64,000 nt of DNA, taken from the NCBI GenBank assembly GCA_045636025.1, contig JAZTWP010000051.1, positions 5,957 to 69,956 of the forward strand, read 5' to 3'. The notes below the pieces were generated by a model. That model saw nothing but the letters and a program-made list of their open reading frames with translations. It was not told the DNA's origin and did not search any database. This document shows, one piece after another, positions 1-8,590 of this stretch. A program made the translations under genes and the position numbers. Numbering within the stretch: the first letter of the stretch is position 1; each line of letters opens with the position of its first letter. This DNA comes from Acutalibacteraceae bacterium (GTDB lineage: Bacteria; Bacillota; Clostridia; Oscillospirales; Acutalibacteraceae).

Positions 1-69
1 AGAGAATATTTCCACTTCAAGACAAACAGAAGAATCCTTGCAGGAAAGATTCTGAACGGCGAACATTAA
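1..69 (+). CDS. 3-prime end of an unidentified CDS (partial)
   Basis: Frame 1 is open from the window edge to TAA at 67-69 and is followed by a strong hairpin terminator. It is too short to identify. Confidence 0.25.
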   Translation, partial: REYFHFKTNRRILAGKILNGEH

Positions 70-76
70 TAAAAAT

Positions 77-107
77 GATCCCCGAAAACGGGGATCTTAT
101 TTTTTTA
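77..107. terminator. Bidirectional intrinsic terminator
   Basis: Stem gatccccg / cggggatc with an aaaa loop, followed by a T-run on the plus strand and flanked by an A-run. It sits between convergent gene ends. Confidence 0.7.
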
Positions 108-719
108 TCTGTTTTCAAAATAACTCTTTGCATAGTCGGCAATAACGGGTGCAAGAGTCTTTATTTCAAGTCCTGATGTGTTGACGCACAGATGATAACC
201 CTCTTTGGCGCCCCATTTTTTGTCTGACATAAAGCGCTGCTGTTTTGCTCTGTTTGTATCAATCTGTCTGATTTTTCTTTTAAGCTCAGAGTCTTTAAGA
301 ATTTCGTCCTTAGGTGCTCTTTCACGACAACGGTCAATCTTTGACTGCAAATCCGCATAAACAAAGATATCAAGCGGTCTGAAATCCTCAAGAATAACAT
401 TTGCGCATCTGCCGACAATAACACAATTGCCTTTTTCTGCTAATTCACGCAAAAGTCTGTACTGAGAAGACAGAAGTTCGATTGCCTGCTGACCCGTTGC
501 ATCAGTGTATGAAAATGTTCTGCCGTATGTTATCGGCACATTGAAGGATCTGCCGCCTTCAAGCACACTTTCAATATAATTTTCGTCAAAATTATATTTT
601 TCGGCAAGCTTTGAAATGATTTCACGGTCATAGTAAGAATAACCGAGTAAGTCGGCAATTCTTTTACCCAATTCTCTGCCGCCGCTGCCGAATTCACGGC
701 TGATTGTAATAATGTTCAT
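105..719 (-). CDS. Cytidylate kinase-like family protein (P-loop NTPase)
   Basis: 204-aa ORF. The N-terminus MNIITISREFGSGGRELGK is the typical glycine-rich loop of the cytidylate-kinase-like (Cytidylate_kin2) family. Confidence 0.7.
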   Translation of the reverse strand: MNIITISREFGSGGRELGKRIADLLGYSYYDREIISKLAEKYNFDENYIESVLEGGRSFNVPITYGRTFSYTDATGQQAIELLSSQYRLLRELAEKGNCVIVGRCANVILEDFRPLDIFVYADLQSKIDRCRERAPKDEILKDSELKRKIRQIDTNRAKQQRFMSDKKWGAKEGYHLCVNTSGLEIKTLAPVIADYAKSYFENR

Positions 720-807
720 AAAATCTGCTCCTTTACAATCATTCTGTAATTTAATTATAATACAATGTCAGGAAAAATGTCAAACAATAATTTATCAATT
801 CACTATT

Positions 808-935
808 AAGAATTCACAATGCACAATTATAATCGGAAGGGCTTTCGCCCTTACCCATTTATAAGCAGAATCTGCCTTAGTGGCAATATCTGCATAATTG
901 TGCATTATGCATTTTGCATTGTGCATTAAATTCTT
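808..935. repeat. MITE-like intergenic element with TGCATT-rich inverted arms and a central GC hairpin
   Basis: The left arm aagaattcacaatgcacaatt (808-828) is the inverted complement of the right arm aattgtgcatt...gtgcattaaattctt (896-935). The central hairpin is aagggc-tttc-gccctt (837-852), followed by ac (GTAA head on the minus strand). Confidence 0.6.
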
Positions 936-943
936 GTTTCTCC

Positions 944-972
944 TTGCAAACGCTTTATTGTGGTGATATAAT
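944..972 (+). promoter_or_regulatory. Sigma-A type promoter for metF-metH
   Basis: TTGCAA (944-949), a 17-nt spacer, then TATAAT (967-972). It lies 25 nt upstream of the metF ATG. Confidence 0.5.
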
Positions 973-997
973 TATGCAATGAAACGGAGATGTATAT

Positions 998-1873
998 ATG
1001 AAACTGTATGATTTGTTTTCACAAAGAGTTCCGACTCTCTCATTTGAGGTTTTTCCTCCCAAGACAAGCGGGAATTATGAAAGCGTTAAATATGCAACAG
1101 CTGAAATTGCAAAGCTCAAACCCGATTTTATGTCTGTAACCTGCGGTGCAGGCGGAAAGACAGATGTATATACTGCAGATATTGCCGCATCTCTCAGCAA
1201 AGATTTCGGTGTGACTTCAATTGCTCATATGACTTGTGTAGGCACTTCAAAAGCGGATGCAGAAAAGAGAATCAGAGAGCTTGAAACACTCGGCATTGAA
1301 AATATCCTTGCCCTCAGAGGAGATATTCCCGACGGTTTTGATATAAATACCTGCGATTTCAGACACGCAAGCGAACTGATTTCTTTTGTGAAGAGTATAT
1401 CTGATATCTGTGTGGGCGGTGCCTGCTATCCCGAGTGCCATCCCGAATCTGCAAACATAAATGAAGACATTCTTCATATAAAAGAAAAAGTTGATGCAGG
1501 TTGTGATTTCCTCACTACCCAGATGTTTTTTGATAATAATATTTTTTATAAATATCTCTGCAAACTTCGTGATGCAGGGGTGAATGTGCCCGTTGTTGCA
1601 GGTATTATGCCCGTTACAAACAAGGCTCAGATAGACAGAATCTGCAAACTTTCAGGTACATATCTTCCCTCAAGATTTATCAATATTGTTGACCGTTTCG
1701 GTGATGACCCCGATGCAATGAAGCAGGCAGGTATAATTTATGCAACAGAGCAGATAATTGACCTTCTTGCAAACGGTGTGAATGCAATTCACGTTTACTC
1801 AATGAATAAACCCGATGTGGCTGAAAAGATTCAGTCAAATCTTTCATACATTATCCCTAAAAAGGAAGTCTGA
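998..1873 (+). CDS. metF: Methylenetetrahydrofolate reductase
   Basis: 291-aa ORF. LSFEVFPPKT, the MSVTCGAGG-type motif and the TTQMFFD motif are typical of MTHFR. A GGAG RBS lies upstream. Confidence 0.9.
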   Translation: MKLYDLFSQRVPTLSFEVFPPKTSGNYESVKYATAEIAKLKPDFMSVTCGAGGKTDVYTADIAASLSKDFGVTSIAHMTCVGTSKADAEKRIRELETLGIENILALRGDIPDGFDINTCDFRHASELISFVKSISDICVGGACYPECHPESANINEDILHIKEKVDAGCDFLTTQMFFDNNIFYKYLCKLRDAGVNVPVVAGIMPVTNKAQIDRICKLSGTYLPSRFINIVDRFGDDPDAMKQAGIIYATEQIIDLLANGVNAIHVYSMNKPDVAEKIQSNLSYIIPKKEV

Positions 1874-1874
1874 A

Positions 1875-4256
1875 ATGAATATTCTTGAAAAAATAAGAAG
1901 CGGTTTTACTTTTTTTGACGGCGGAACGGGAACTGTTCTGCAAAAAAAAGGTCTTGCGGCAGGAGAACTGCCCGAAGAGTGGAATCTTACTCATCGTGAA
2001 GAGATTATTGACCTGCATTTATCATATCTGAATGCGGGCAGTAACATCATAAACACAAACACTTTCGGCGCGAATATTCTTAAATTCCCGGGGGCACATC
2101 TTGAAGAAATTATTATTGCCGCAATTGAAAATGCACTTGAGGCAAAAAGAAGAAGCGGCAGAGAAGATGTGTGGATAGCTCTTGATATAGGCCCCTCGGG
2201 TAAACTTCTCAAGCCCTACGGCACACTTGATTTTGAAGAGGCGGTTTCCGTGTTTGCAGAAACTGTCAGAATCGGTGCGGACAAGGGTGTTGACATTATC
2301 AATATCGAAACAATGACAGACAGCTACGAAACAAAAGCAGCTGTGCTTGCGGCTAAGGAAAACTGTAATCTTCCCGTTTTTGCAACAAATGTCTATGAGA
2401 AGAACGGCAAGCTTATGACCGGTGCATCTGCTAAGGCAATGGTGACACTTCTTGAAGGTCTCGGTGTGTCTGCTGTCGGTCTCAACTGCTCACTCGGTCC
2501 CGCAGAAATGAAGAGTATTGCCCGTGACATCTGTGAAACTGCATCTGTGCCCGTTATTGTAAAGCCCAATGCAGGACTTCCCGAAACTGTCGACGGCAAG
2601 ACCGTTTACAATGTTTCTCCCTCTGATTTTGCTGCAGAAATGGCTGAAATTGCAGATTGCGGAGCTGTTATACTTGGTGGTTGCTGCGGCACAGACCCTG
2701 ACTATATAAAGGCTCTTACAGAGGCTGTAAAAGACAAAAAAGCAAAAGAAATCACAGAAAATGGCACAACCCTTGTTTCTTCATACACACACGCTGTTGA
2801 AATCGGTAAAAAGCCCGTTATCATCGGTGAAAGAATCAATCCCACGGGTAAAAAACTGTTTAAGGAAGCTCTCAGAAGCAACGATATTGCGTACATTCTC
2901 AATGAGGGTTTTGAACAGCAGGATAAAAAATGCCATATTCTCGATGTCAATGTGGGACTTCCTGAAATTGACGAAAAAAAGATGCTTACAGATGTTGTCT
3001 GTGAGATTCAGTCTGTAATCGATTTGCCGCTGCAGATTGACACTTCCGATGTTGATGCAATGGAGTCTGCTATGCGTCGTTACAACGGCAAACCGATGAT
3101 AAATTCCGTCAACGGCAAAACTGAAAGTATGGAAAAAATCTTCCCTCTTGTTAAAAAATACGGTGGTGTTGTTGTAGGTCTGACTCTTGACGAAAACGGC
3201 ATCCCCGAAACAGCAGAGGGCAGAGTTGCCGTTGCAGAGAAAATTTATGCTGAAGCTGAAAAATACGGAATCGGTAAAAAAGATATCATCATTGACCCTC
3301 TGACACTTACTGTCAGCACTGGTGCAGATAATGCAAAAATCACCCTTGATGCTGTCAGGGGAATAAAAGCTCTCGGCGGTAACACAGTGCTTGGTGTTTC
3401 AAATATTTCTTTCGGTCTGCCCGAAAGACAGAATATAAACTCTGTTTTCTATACTCTTGCGCTTGAGGCAGGTCTTGATGCGGCTATCATAAATCCAAAA
3501 TCAGAGGATATGATGAAAGCTTATTACAGTTTCTGTGCGCTGATGGGTTATGATGAGAATTTTATTGACTATATTGAGTTTGCGTCTTCGGCAAAAAAGG
3601 AAGAAGCCGTTGCCGTTAAAGAAGAATCAGACGAGGCTGCACTCAAATCTGCAGTTATAAAAGGTGTTGGTGAAAAGGCGGCTGAATCTGCAAAAAAACT
3701 CCTTGTAAAAACAGAAGCAACACAGCTTATTGATGCAATTCTCATACCTGCTCTTGATGAAGTGGGCAGAGATTTTGAGAGCAATAAAATATTCCTTCCT
3801 CAGCTTCTTATGAGTGCTGATGCGGCAGGAAAAGCCTTTGAGGTAATCAAGGCAAAAATGGTTGAAAATGGCGGAAATTCGGCAAAAAAGGGAACTGTTG
3901 TCATTACAACGGTCAAGGGCGATATTCACGATATAGGCAAGAATATTGTTAAGGTAATTCTTGAAAATTACGGTTTTGATGTTATTGATCTGGGCAAAGA
4001 TGTTCTACCTGAAACAATAGCTGAAACTGTTGTTGAAAATGATATAAAACTCTGCGGTCTGTCTGCGCTTATGACATCAACCGTGCCTGCAATGGAGGAG
4101 ACAATAAAGATTCTTAAAGAAAAAGCTCCCGGTTGCAGAACAGTTGTGGGCGGTGCTGTGCTGACTCAGGAATATGCGGATATGATCGGTGCCGATTGCT
4201 ATGCAAAAGACGCAATGGAAACCGTCAGATATGCAGAAGAAATTTTTTCAGAATAA
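1875..4256 (+). CDS. metH: Cobalamin-dependent methionine synthase, short form (Hcy-binding, pterin-binding and B12-binding domains; no AdoMet activation domain)
   Basis: The ORF is trimmed to the ATG at 1875, which lies 1 nt after the metF stop. FFDGGTGT and GGCCGT mark the homocysteine S-methyltransferase domain. The pterin-binding region follows. The C-terminal TVKGDIHDIGKNIV carries the DxHxxG B12-binding motif. The length (793 aa) leaves no room for the reactivation domain. Confidence 0.9.
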   Translation: MNILEKIRSGFTFFDGGTGTVLQKKGLAAGELPEEWNLTHREEIIDLHLSYLNAGSNIINTNTFGANILKFPGAHLEEIIIAAIENALEAKRRSGREDVWIALDIGPSGKLLKPYGTLDFEEAVSVFAETVRIGADKGVDIINIETMTDSYETKAAVLAAKENCNLPVFATNVYEKNGKLMTGASAKAMVTLLEGLGVSAVGLNCSLGPAEMKSIARDICETASVPVIVKPNAGLPETVDGKTVYNVSPSDFAAEMAEIADCGAVILGGCCGTDPDYIKALTEAVKDKKAKEITENGTTLVSSYTHAVEIGKKPVIIGERINPTGKKLFKEALRSNDIAYILNEGFEQQDKKCHILDVNVGLPEIDEKKMLTDVVCEIQSVIDLPLQIDTSDVDAMESAMRRYNGKPMINSVNGKTESMEKIFPLVKKYGGVVVGLTLDENGIPETAEGRVAVAEKIYAEAEKYGIGKKDIIIDPLTLTVSTGADNAKITLDAVRGIKALGGNTVLGVSNISFGLPERQNINSVFYTLALEAGLDAAIINPKSEDMMKAYYSFCALMGYDENFIDYIEFASSAKKEEAVAVKEESDEAALKSAVIKGVGEKAAESAKKLLVKTEATQLIDAILIPALDEVGRDFESNKIFLPQLLMSADAAGKAFEVIKAKMVENGGNSAKKGTVVITTVKGDIHDIGKNIVKVILENYGFDVIDLGKDVLPETIAETVVENDIKLCGLSALMTSTVPAMEETIKILKEKAPGCRTVVGGAVLTQEYADMIGADCYAKDAMETVRYAEEIFSE

Positions 4257-4269
4257 AGGAGTATTTGAC

Positions 4270-4707
4270 ATGACAAAAAATTATGAACTTATCAGAGAAC
4301 TTTCAGCAGAGGCTTATGAATTTGCTCTCAGAGTTGTGAAAGAGGGTGTTGAAGACGGCAGATATGATTTTTCTGACGGCTCTTTCGCAGCGGTAAGCAG
4401 TTATGAAACAAAGATGAGAAAAGATTCTTGTTATGAAGCTCACAGACAGTATATTGATGTTCAGCTTATGCTCAGCGGCAGAGAAATCATCGGTGTTGAA
4501 CATATTGATGTTATGCACAAGTATGAATGCCTTAAGGCTTTCGAAGACGGAGATCTCGAACTTTTTGCTCTCAACGATGAAGGGTATGACAATGTTATCA
4601 CAGCGGGTGAATTTGTGATTCTTCGTCCCGAAGACGGTCATATGCCCGGTGTATGCATCGGCAAACCCGAAAAAGTGCAGAAAGTTGTTTTCAAAATTCC
4701 GGTTTAA
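4270..4707 (+). CDS. YhcH/YjgK/YiaL (EbgC-like, DUF386) family protein
   Basis: Trimmed to the ATG at 4270, preceded by an AAGGAG RBS. The EAHRQYIDVQ and RPEDGHMPG motifs are typical of the family. Confidence 0.75.
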   Translation: MTKNYELIRELSAEAYEFALRVVKEGVEDGRYDFSDGSFAAVSSYETKMRKDSCYEAHRQYIDVQLMLSGREIIGVEHIDVMHKYECLKAFEDGDLELFALNDEGYDNVITAGEFVILRPEDGHMPGVCIGKPEKVQKVVFKIPV

Positions 4708-4867
4708 CAATAATTTAGCGGAGCAGAAATTATTTTGTATGGTGGTAGGGCGGCAAACCGCCCTATGCAATTTGTTTTTTCTCAGACGGATTGATGTCGG
4801 GATGGTCCCTACAGAGATTGTGCAAAACAAGCCATTTTGTATTGTGCATTGTGCATTAAATTATTGT
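4708..4867. repeat. Intergenic composite element: AT-rich arms plus a GTAG...CTAC hairpin pair
   Basis: The arms are caataattta (4708-4717) and taaattattg (4858-4867). GTAGGGCGG-caaa-CCGCCCTA lies at 4745-4765. The inverted head gggatggtcccTAC ends at 4812. Positions 4753-4796 are near-identical to 49420-49463. Confidence 0.7.
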
Positions 4868-5014
4868 TTTTACTGTGAATTAATGAATTTTTTGTAAATT
4901 TTATTTTATTTTTCTGTATTCCTTGTATTTTTTATTTTTATTATATATAATAAAGTTTACAGTATGGTGAATAATAGTATCTTTTTCGATTATTCTGAGA
5001 GAGGAGTCTTAAAA

Positions 5015-8000
5015 ATGCTCACAAATATCAAAACAGCTTCAAAAAAAGCAATGAGTATAATGCTGGCGCTTGTTATGTGTCTTTCAGCTTATGTTCTTTG
5101 CAATCCTTTTGAGGCAGAAGCTATCAGCATGGACCAGTTCAAGGAAGGGGAGTATTATTACTATCCCGAAGGAACACAGTTTATTTCAGATATCGCTTTC
5201 TCATGCGATAATTCCAGCTCAACAGCTTCAAGTGCTCTTACAAATAACGGTTATTCTCTTATGCAGAACTCTAACCCCAACAGATCAGGTACTCTTAACC
5301 TGAATATGAAGAGCAACTCCGGTACAACAAGTTACCCTTACATCTTCATGGGTTACAAAACAACAACCGATATCAATGCAGCTCTCGGTACAGCTCTCCG
5401 TGCAGGTATCGGAGGTTCAGAATCAGATGTTCCTGCAAACATCAGCTGGAATCTCAAGGATTCTGCAGGAAAGACTGTTGCTGTTCCGTTCTCAAGAGTA
5501 AGTGATCAGGATCTTAATAAGGATGTAGGCGGTGCTTACATTTACCTTTACTATCACGATCCTGCGTCTCACGGTACAAATTATCCTGCTCAGGGTCTTC
5601 CCGTTGTAGCTCTCAAAGGCTGGGCAAACGCAAATGAAGACGGTGGCGGACATGGTCTCAGCGTAGGCAGCGGTACTGCATGGACTTCCGTTTACAAGAA
5701 TGATACATCTGAAGTAGCAGACTTAGACCAGGACGTTAAAGGTGCAGGTTACGTTTACCTTTTCTACGATAACGCATCTGTTTACACAAATGTTACAAAG
5801 ACCGTAAACTCTCTTATTTCTGCTCTTGAAACAGCAAAGGGCGTTCAGGATCAGTCAAAGTACACTGAGGAATCATGGAATGCATATAAGACAGCTCTTG
5901 ATGAAGCAAACAGAATCTGGGGTATTTATAACAACGTTTATAAAGCAGGTTATGTTAAAGAATCTGCAATCAACAGCGCAGTAACAAAACTCAACAATGC
6001 TGTCAGCGGTCTTAAGACAGTAATCAAGCTTGACGCTGCAACAAACGGCGGTGTTACAGAAACTCTCGAATATGAAGTAAGCTGTGGTCTTAACACAACA
6101 GTTGATTTCCCCGCAGGTCTTTATTCAGCAACAAAGGACGGCAGCTCATTCCTCGGCTGGAGCACAGACAAGAATGCAACTGCAGGTGCAAAGCACAATA
6201 TCTCTGTTCCTCTTGCATCAACAGTTTATGCGATTTTCGCAGTTAACAAATATACAGTTTACTTTGCAAACCCTGTTACTGCTCAGACAATCAGCACTCA
6301 GGTGGTTGAACACGGCAAAGATGCTGTTGCTCCCAATATGAACACTTTCACACAGAAAGACCTTGATAATCACTATATCTTCAACGGTTGGGATAAGGAT
6401 TTCACAAATATTACATCAGGTCTTACAGTAAATGCTCAGTTTATTACAGCTCAGCATTCGTACAACAGAATCAGATTTGTTCCTTCAACATGTACATCAA
6501 GAGGAACAGAAGTTTATAAATGTAACGATTGCGGTCAGGAAATGACAGTAACACTTGCAATCAACGGTGAAAACCATAACAACATAGTAGACTATCCCGC
6601 TAAGGGCTCAACTTGTCAGCAGCAGGGTTATACTGCATACACATACTGTAACGATTGTAATACAATTGTTTCAGGCAGAGAACTTCTTCCTCTTGCTCCC
6701 TGTTCCTGGACATCATGGACAGTAACTGATCCCTCTTGTATAGTTGACGGTGTCAAGACAAGAAAATGTACAGTCTGCGGTAAGACAGAATCAGAAACAA
6801 TTCCTGCAGAAGGTCACGAATGGGGCGACTGGACAGTTGTCAAAGAAGCTACTTGTGATGCAGCCGGCAGACGTCAGAGAACTTGTGCAATCTGTAAAAC
6901 AACAGAAGTTGAAATCATCAATGCTCTTTCTCATAATTACATCGATACAGTAGTTCCTCCCACTTGTACAGAACGTGGTTACACAATCCACGCTTGTGAC
7001 AGACCGGGTTGTAACAGCTCTTACACAGACACATACGTTGAACCCGTAGATCATAACTGGGAAGATGTAGGTGCTCCTGAAAAAGAAGCAACATGTACAG
7101 CAACAGGTCTTCAGAAACAGGAATGTTCAGCTTGTCACGCAACAAGAACAGCTGTAACTGAAGAACTCGGCCACGATTGGCAGAATAAACAGATTATTGC
7201 AGATGCAACTTGTGATACAGACGGTCTTATGAACGCAACTTGTGACAGATGCGGTGACGTTCAGAATAACATTGTTATTATCGCACTCGGCCACGATTGG
7301 GACGAAGGCACAATCACAAAGCCTGCAACATGTACAGAAGACGGTGTAAAAGTTCTTGCTTGTAAGAGAGAAAACTGCGGCAAGAAGATGGATACTGTAA
7401 TCAAGGCTAAGGGCCACGATTGGGACGAAGGCGTTGTAACAAGCGAAGCTACTTGTTACTCAACAGGTGAAAAGGTTGTTACATGTAACGTATGTCTTAC
7501 AAGCGAAACAGTTGTTATTGCAAAAATCAGCCACAAGTATGTTGGTATTGTTGTAGCTCCCACTTGTGTAGACAAGGGTTACACAGAATATTCTTGTGAA
7601 GTCTGTGGTGACAATATCGTAGAAGACTATGTTGATGCAAAGGGTCATACATTCACAACAACAATTGTTCCTCCCACTTGTATCAAGGAAGGTTACACAT
7701 TCTCACGTTGTCTTGTTTGTACTCATTCAGAAAAGACAAACTTCACAGACGCTCTTGGTCATAACTATATAACAACAACAGTTGATCCCACTTGTACAGA
7801 AAAGGGTTACGATAAGCACGTTTGTACAAGAGGCGACAGCGAATACAAAGACAACTACGTAAAAGAGCTCGGCCACGATGTCAGCAAGACAGTTGTTGAT
7901 CCCACTTGTAAGGAAGACGGTTACGACCTCTTCTCCTGCTCACGTTGTGATTACAACTACAAAGAAAACATTGTTGAAGCACTCGGTCACGTTTTCTATG

Positions 8001-8470
8001 AAAAGAACAGAGTAGAGCCTTACGGTACACAGAGCGGTTACATTCTTTACGGTTGTGAAGAATGTACTTATGAATACAAAGAAATGATTTATTCTGATAA
8101 CAAGGGTCTTGTTTGTGTCACAATTTATGACAAGAACGGCAAACCCGTTACAGAAGCAACAATCACAGTTACAAATATTGATACAGGCGAATCTTACGTT
8201 ATCAGCACAGACCTTAACGGCTACTTCACAGAGGTTCTTCCCGAAGGTGAATACGAACTCTTCATTGAAAGAGAAGGCTATGATGATGCATATGCATATA
8301 TCTCTGTTGCAGGCGGTCATGTTGAGATGGATATTCCTGAGATGAGCCCCATCGAATGTGATTGCTACTGTCACCAGTCAAACTTCTGGGCAAGAATTTT
8401 CAGAATCATTATGAAACTCCGTAAGTTACTCGGTCTTCCCATAAACTGCTGTGACGATCCCGATATCTGA
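5015..8470 (+). CDS. Large secreted surface protein: signal peptide, Listeria-Bacteroides-type repeat region, 14 Cys/His-rich modules, carboxypeptidase-regulatory-like beta domain, Cys-flanked amphipathic tail
   Basis: Trimmed to the ATG at 5015, after a GAGAGGAG RBS. The signal peptide is MLTNIKTASKKAMSIMLALVMCLSAYVLCNPFEAEA. YTVYF...FNGWDKD segments resemble the Flg_new / Listeria-Bacteroides repeat. The tandem modules lie at 6452-8093. VCVTIYDKNGKPV...GEYELFIEREGY resembles a CarboxypepD_reg fold. Confidence 0.8.
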   Translation: MLTNIKTASKKAMSIMLALVMCLSAYVLCNPFEAEAISMDQFKEGEYYYYPEGTQFISDIAFSCDNSSSTASSALTNNGYSLMQNSNPNRSGTLNLNMKSNSGTTSYPYIFMGYKTTTDINAALGTALRAGIGGSESDVPANISWNLKDSAGKTVAVPFSRVSDQDLNKDVGGAYIYLYYHDPASHGTNYPAQGLPVVALKGWANANEDGGGHGLSVGSGTAWTSVYKNDTSEVADLDQDVKGAGYVYLFYDNASVYTNVTKTVNSLISALETAKGVQDQSKYTEESWNAYKTALDEANRIWGIYNNVYKAGYVKESAINSAVTKLNNAVSGLKTVIKLDAATNGGVTETLEYEVSCGLNTTVDFPAGLYSATKDGSSFLGWSTDKNATAGAKHNISVPLASTVYAIFAVNKYTVYFANPVTAQTISTQVVEHGKDAVAPNMNTFTQKDLDNHYIFNGWDKDFTNITSGLTVNAQFITAQHSYNRIRFVPSTCTSRGTEVYKCNDCGQEMTVTLAINGENHNNIVDYPAKGSTCQQQGYTAYTYCNDCNTIVSGRELLPLAPCSWTSWTVTDPSCIVDGVKTRKCTVCGKTESETIPAEGHEWGDWTVVKEATCDAAGRRQRTCAICKTTEVEIINALSHNYIDTVVPPTCTERGYTIHACDRPGCNSSYTDTYVEPVDHNWEDVGAPEKEATCTATGLQKQECSACHATRTAVTEELGHDWQNKQIIADATCDTDGLMNATCDRCGDVQNNIVIIALGHDWDEGTITKPATCTEDGVKVLACKRENCGKKMDTVIKAKGHDWDEGVVTSEATCYSTGEKVVTCNVCLTSETVVIAKISHKYVGIVVAPTCVDKGYTEYSCEVCGDNIVEDYVDAKGHTFTTTIVPPTCIKEGYTFSRCLVCTHSEKTNFTDALGHNYITTTVDPTCTEKGYDKHVCTRGDSEYKDNYVKELGHDVSKTVVDPTCKEDGYDLFSCSRCDYNYKENIVEALGHVFYEKNRVEPYGTQSGYILYGCEECTYEYKEMIYSDNKGLVCVTIYDKNGKPVTEATITVTNIDTGESYVISTDLNGYFTEVLPEGEYELFIEREGYDDAYAYISVAGGHVEMDIPEMSPIECDCYCHQSNFWARIFRIIMKLRKLLGLPINCCDDPDI
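6452..8093 (+). repeat. Tandem coding repeats: 14 modules of about 37-41 aa, pattern (G/S)H-x(11-13)-C-x3-G-x(5-7)-C-x2-C
   Basis: Read from the translation, for example GHDWDEGTITKPATCTEDGVKVLACKRENCGKK and GHEWGDWTVVKEATCDAAGRRQRTCAICK. The modules are diverged at the DNA level. Confidence 0.8.
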
Positions 8471-8481
8471 TAAATAATATG

Positions 8482-8523
8482 ACTTCCCACAGGTGAAAAA
8501 CCTGCGGGAAGTTCTTTTTTTTT
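8482..8523 (+). terminator. Intrinsic terminator after the large surface-protein gene
   Basis: Stem cttcccacagg / cctgcgggaag (one mismatch), followed by a run of 9 or more T. Confidence 0.75.
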
Positions 8524-8590
8524 CTTGCATTATAGGGGATACTGTGATAATATATATTAGATATGATGTTTTTTCTCGGAGGTCGGAAAA

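Noticed and set aside
720-997. Looked for a SAM-I (S-box) riboswitch upstream of metF-metH and upstream of luxS (11897-12118)
   Set aside because: None of the conserved S-box cores (for example the GAGGGA...GCCC kink-turn and pseudoknot segments) is visible. The space is occupied by repeat elements and a promoter only about 25 nt from the start codon.
1815-1874. N-terminal extensions offered by the ORF caller for metH (1815), YhcH (4189), the large surface protein (4964), the MBL hydrolase (14184), DUF951 (33841), alkaline phosphatase (39743), the phosphoesterase (44011), the LRR protein (55038), the GH78-like protein (57489) and others
   Set aside because: In each case a downstream ATG is preceded at 5-9 nt by a GGAGG-type RBS and gives a family-typical N-terminus or a signal peptide. 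The extension overlaps the upstream gene, a terminator or AT-rich promoter DNA.
4303-4830. 175-aa antisense ORF covering the YhcH-family gene and the repeat element
   Set aside because: It overlaps a recognisable gene on the opposite strand and runs into a non-coding repeat. The translation has no recognisable motifs and no RBS.
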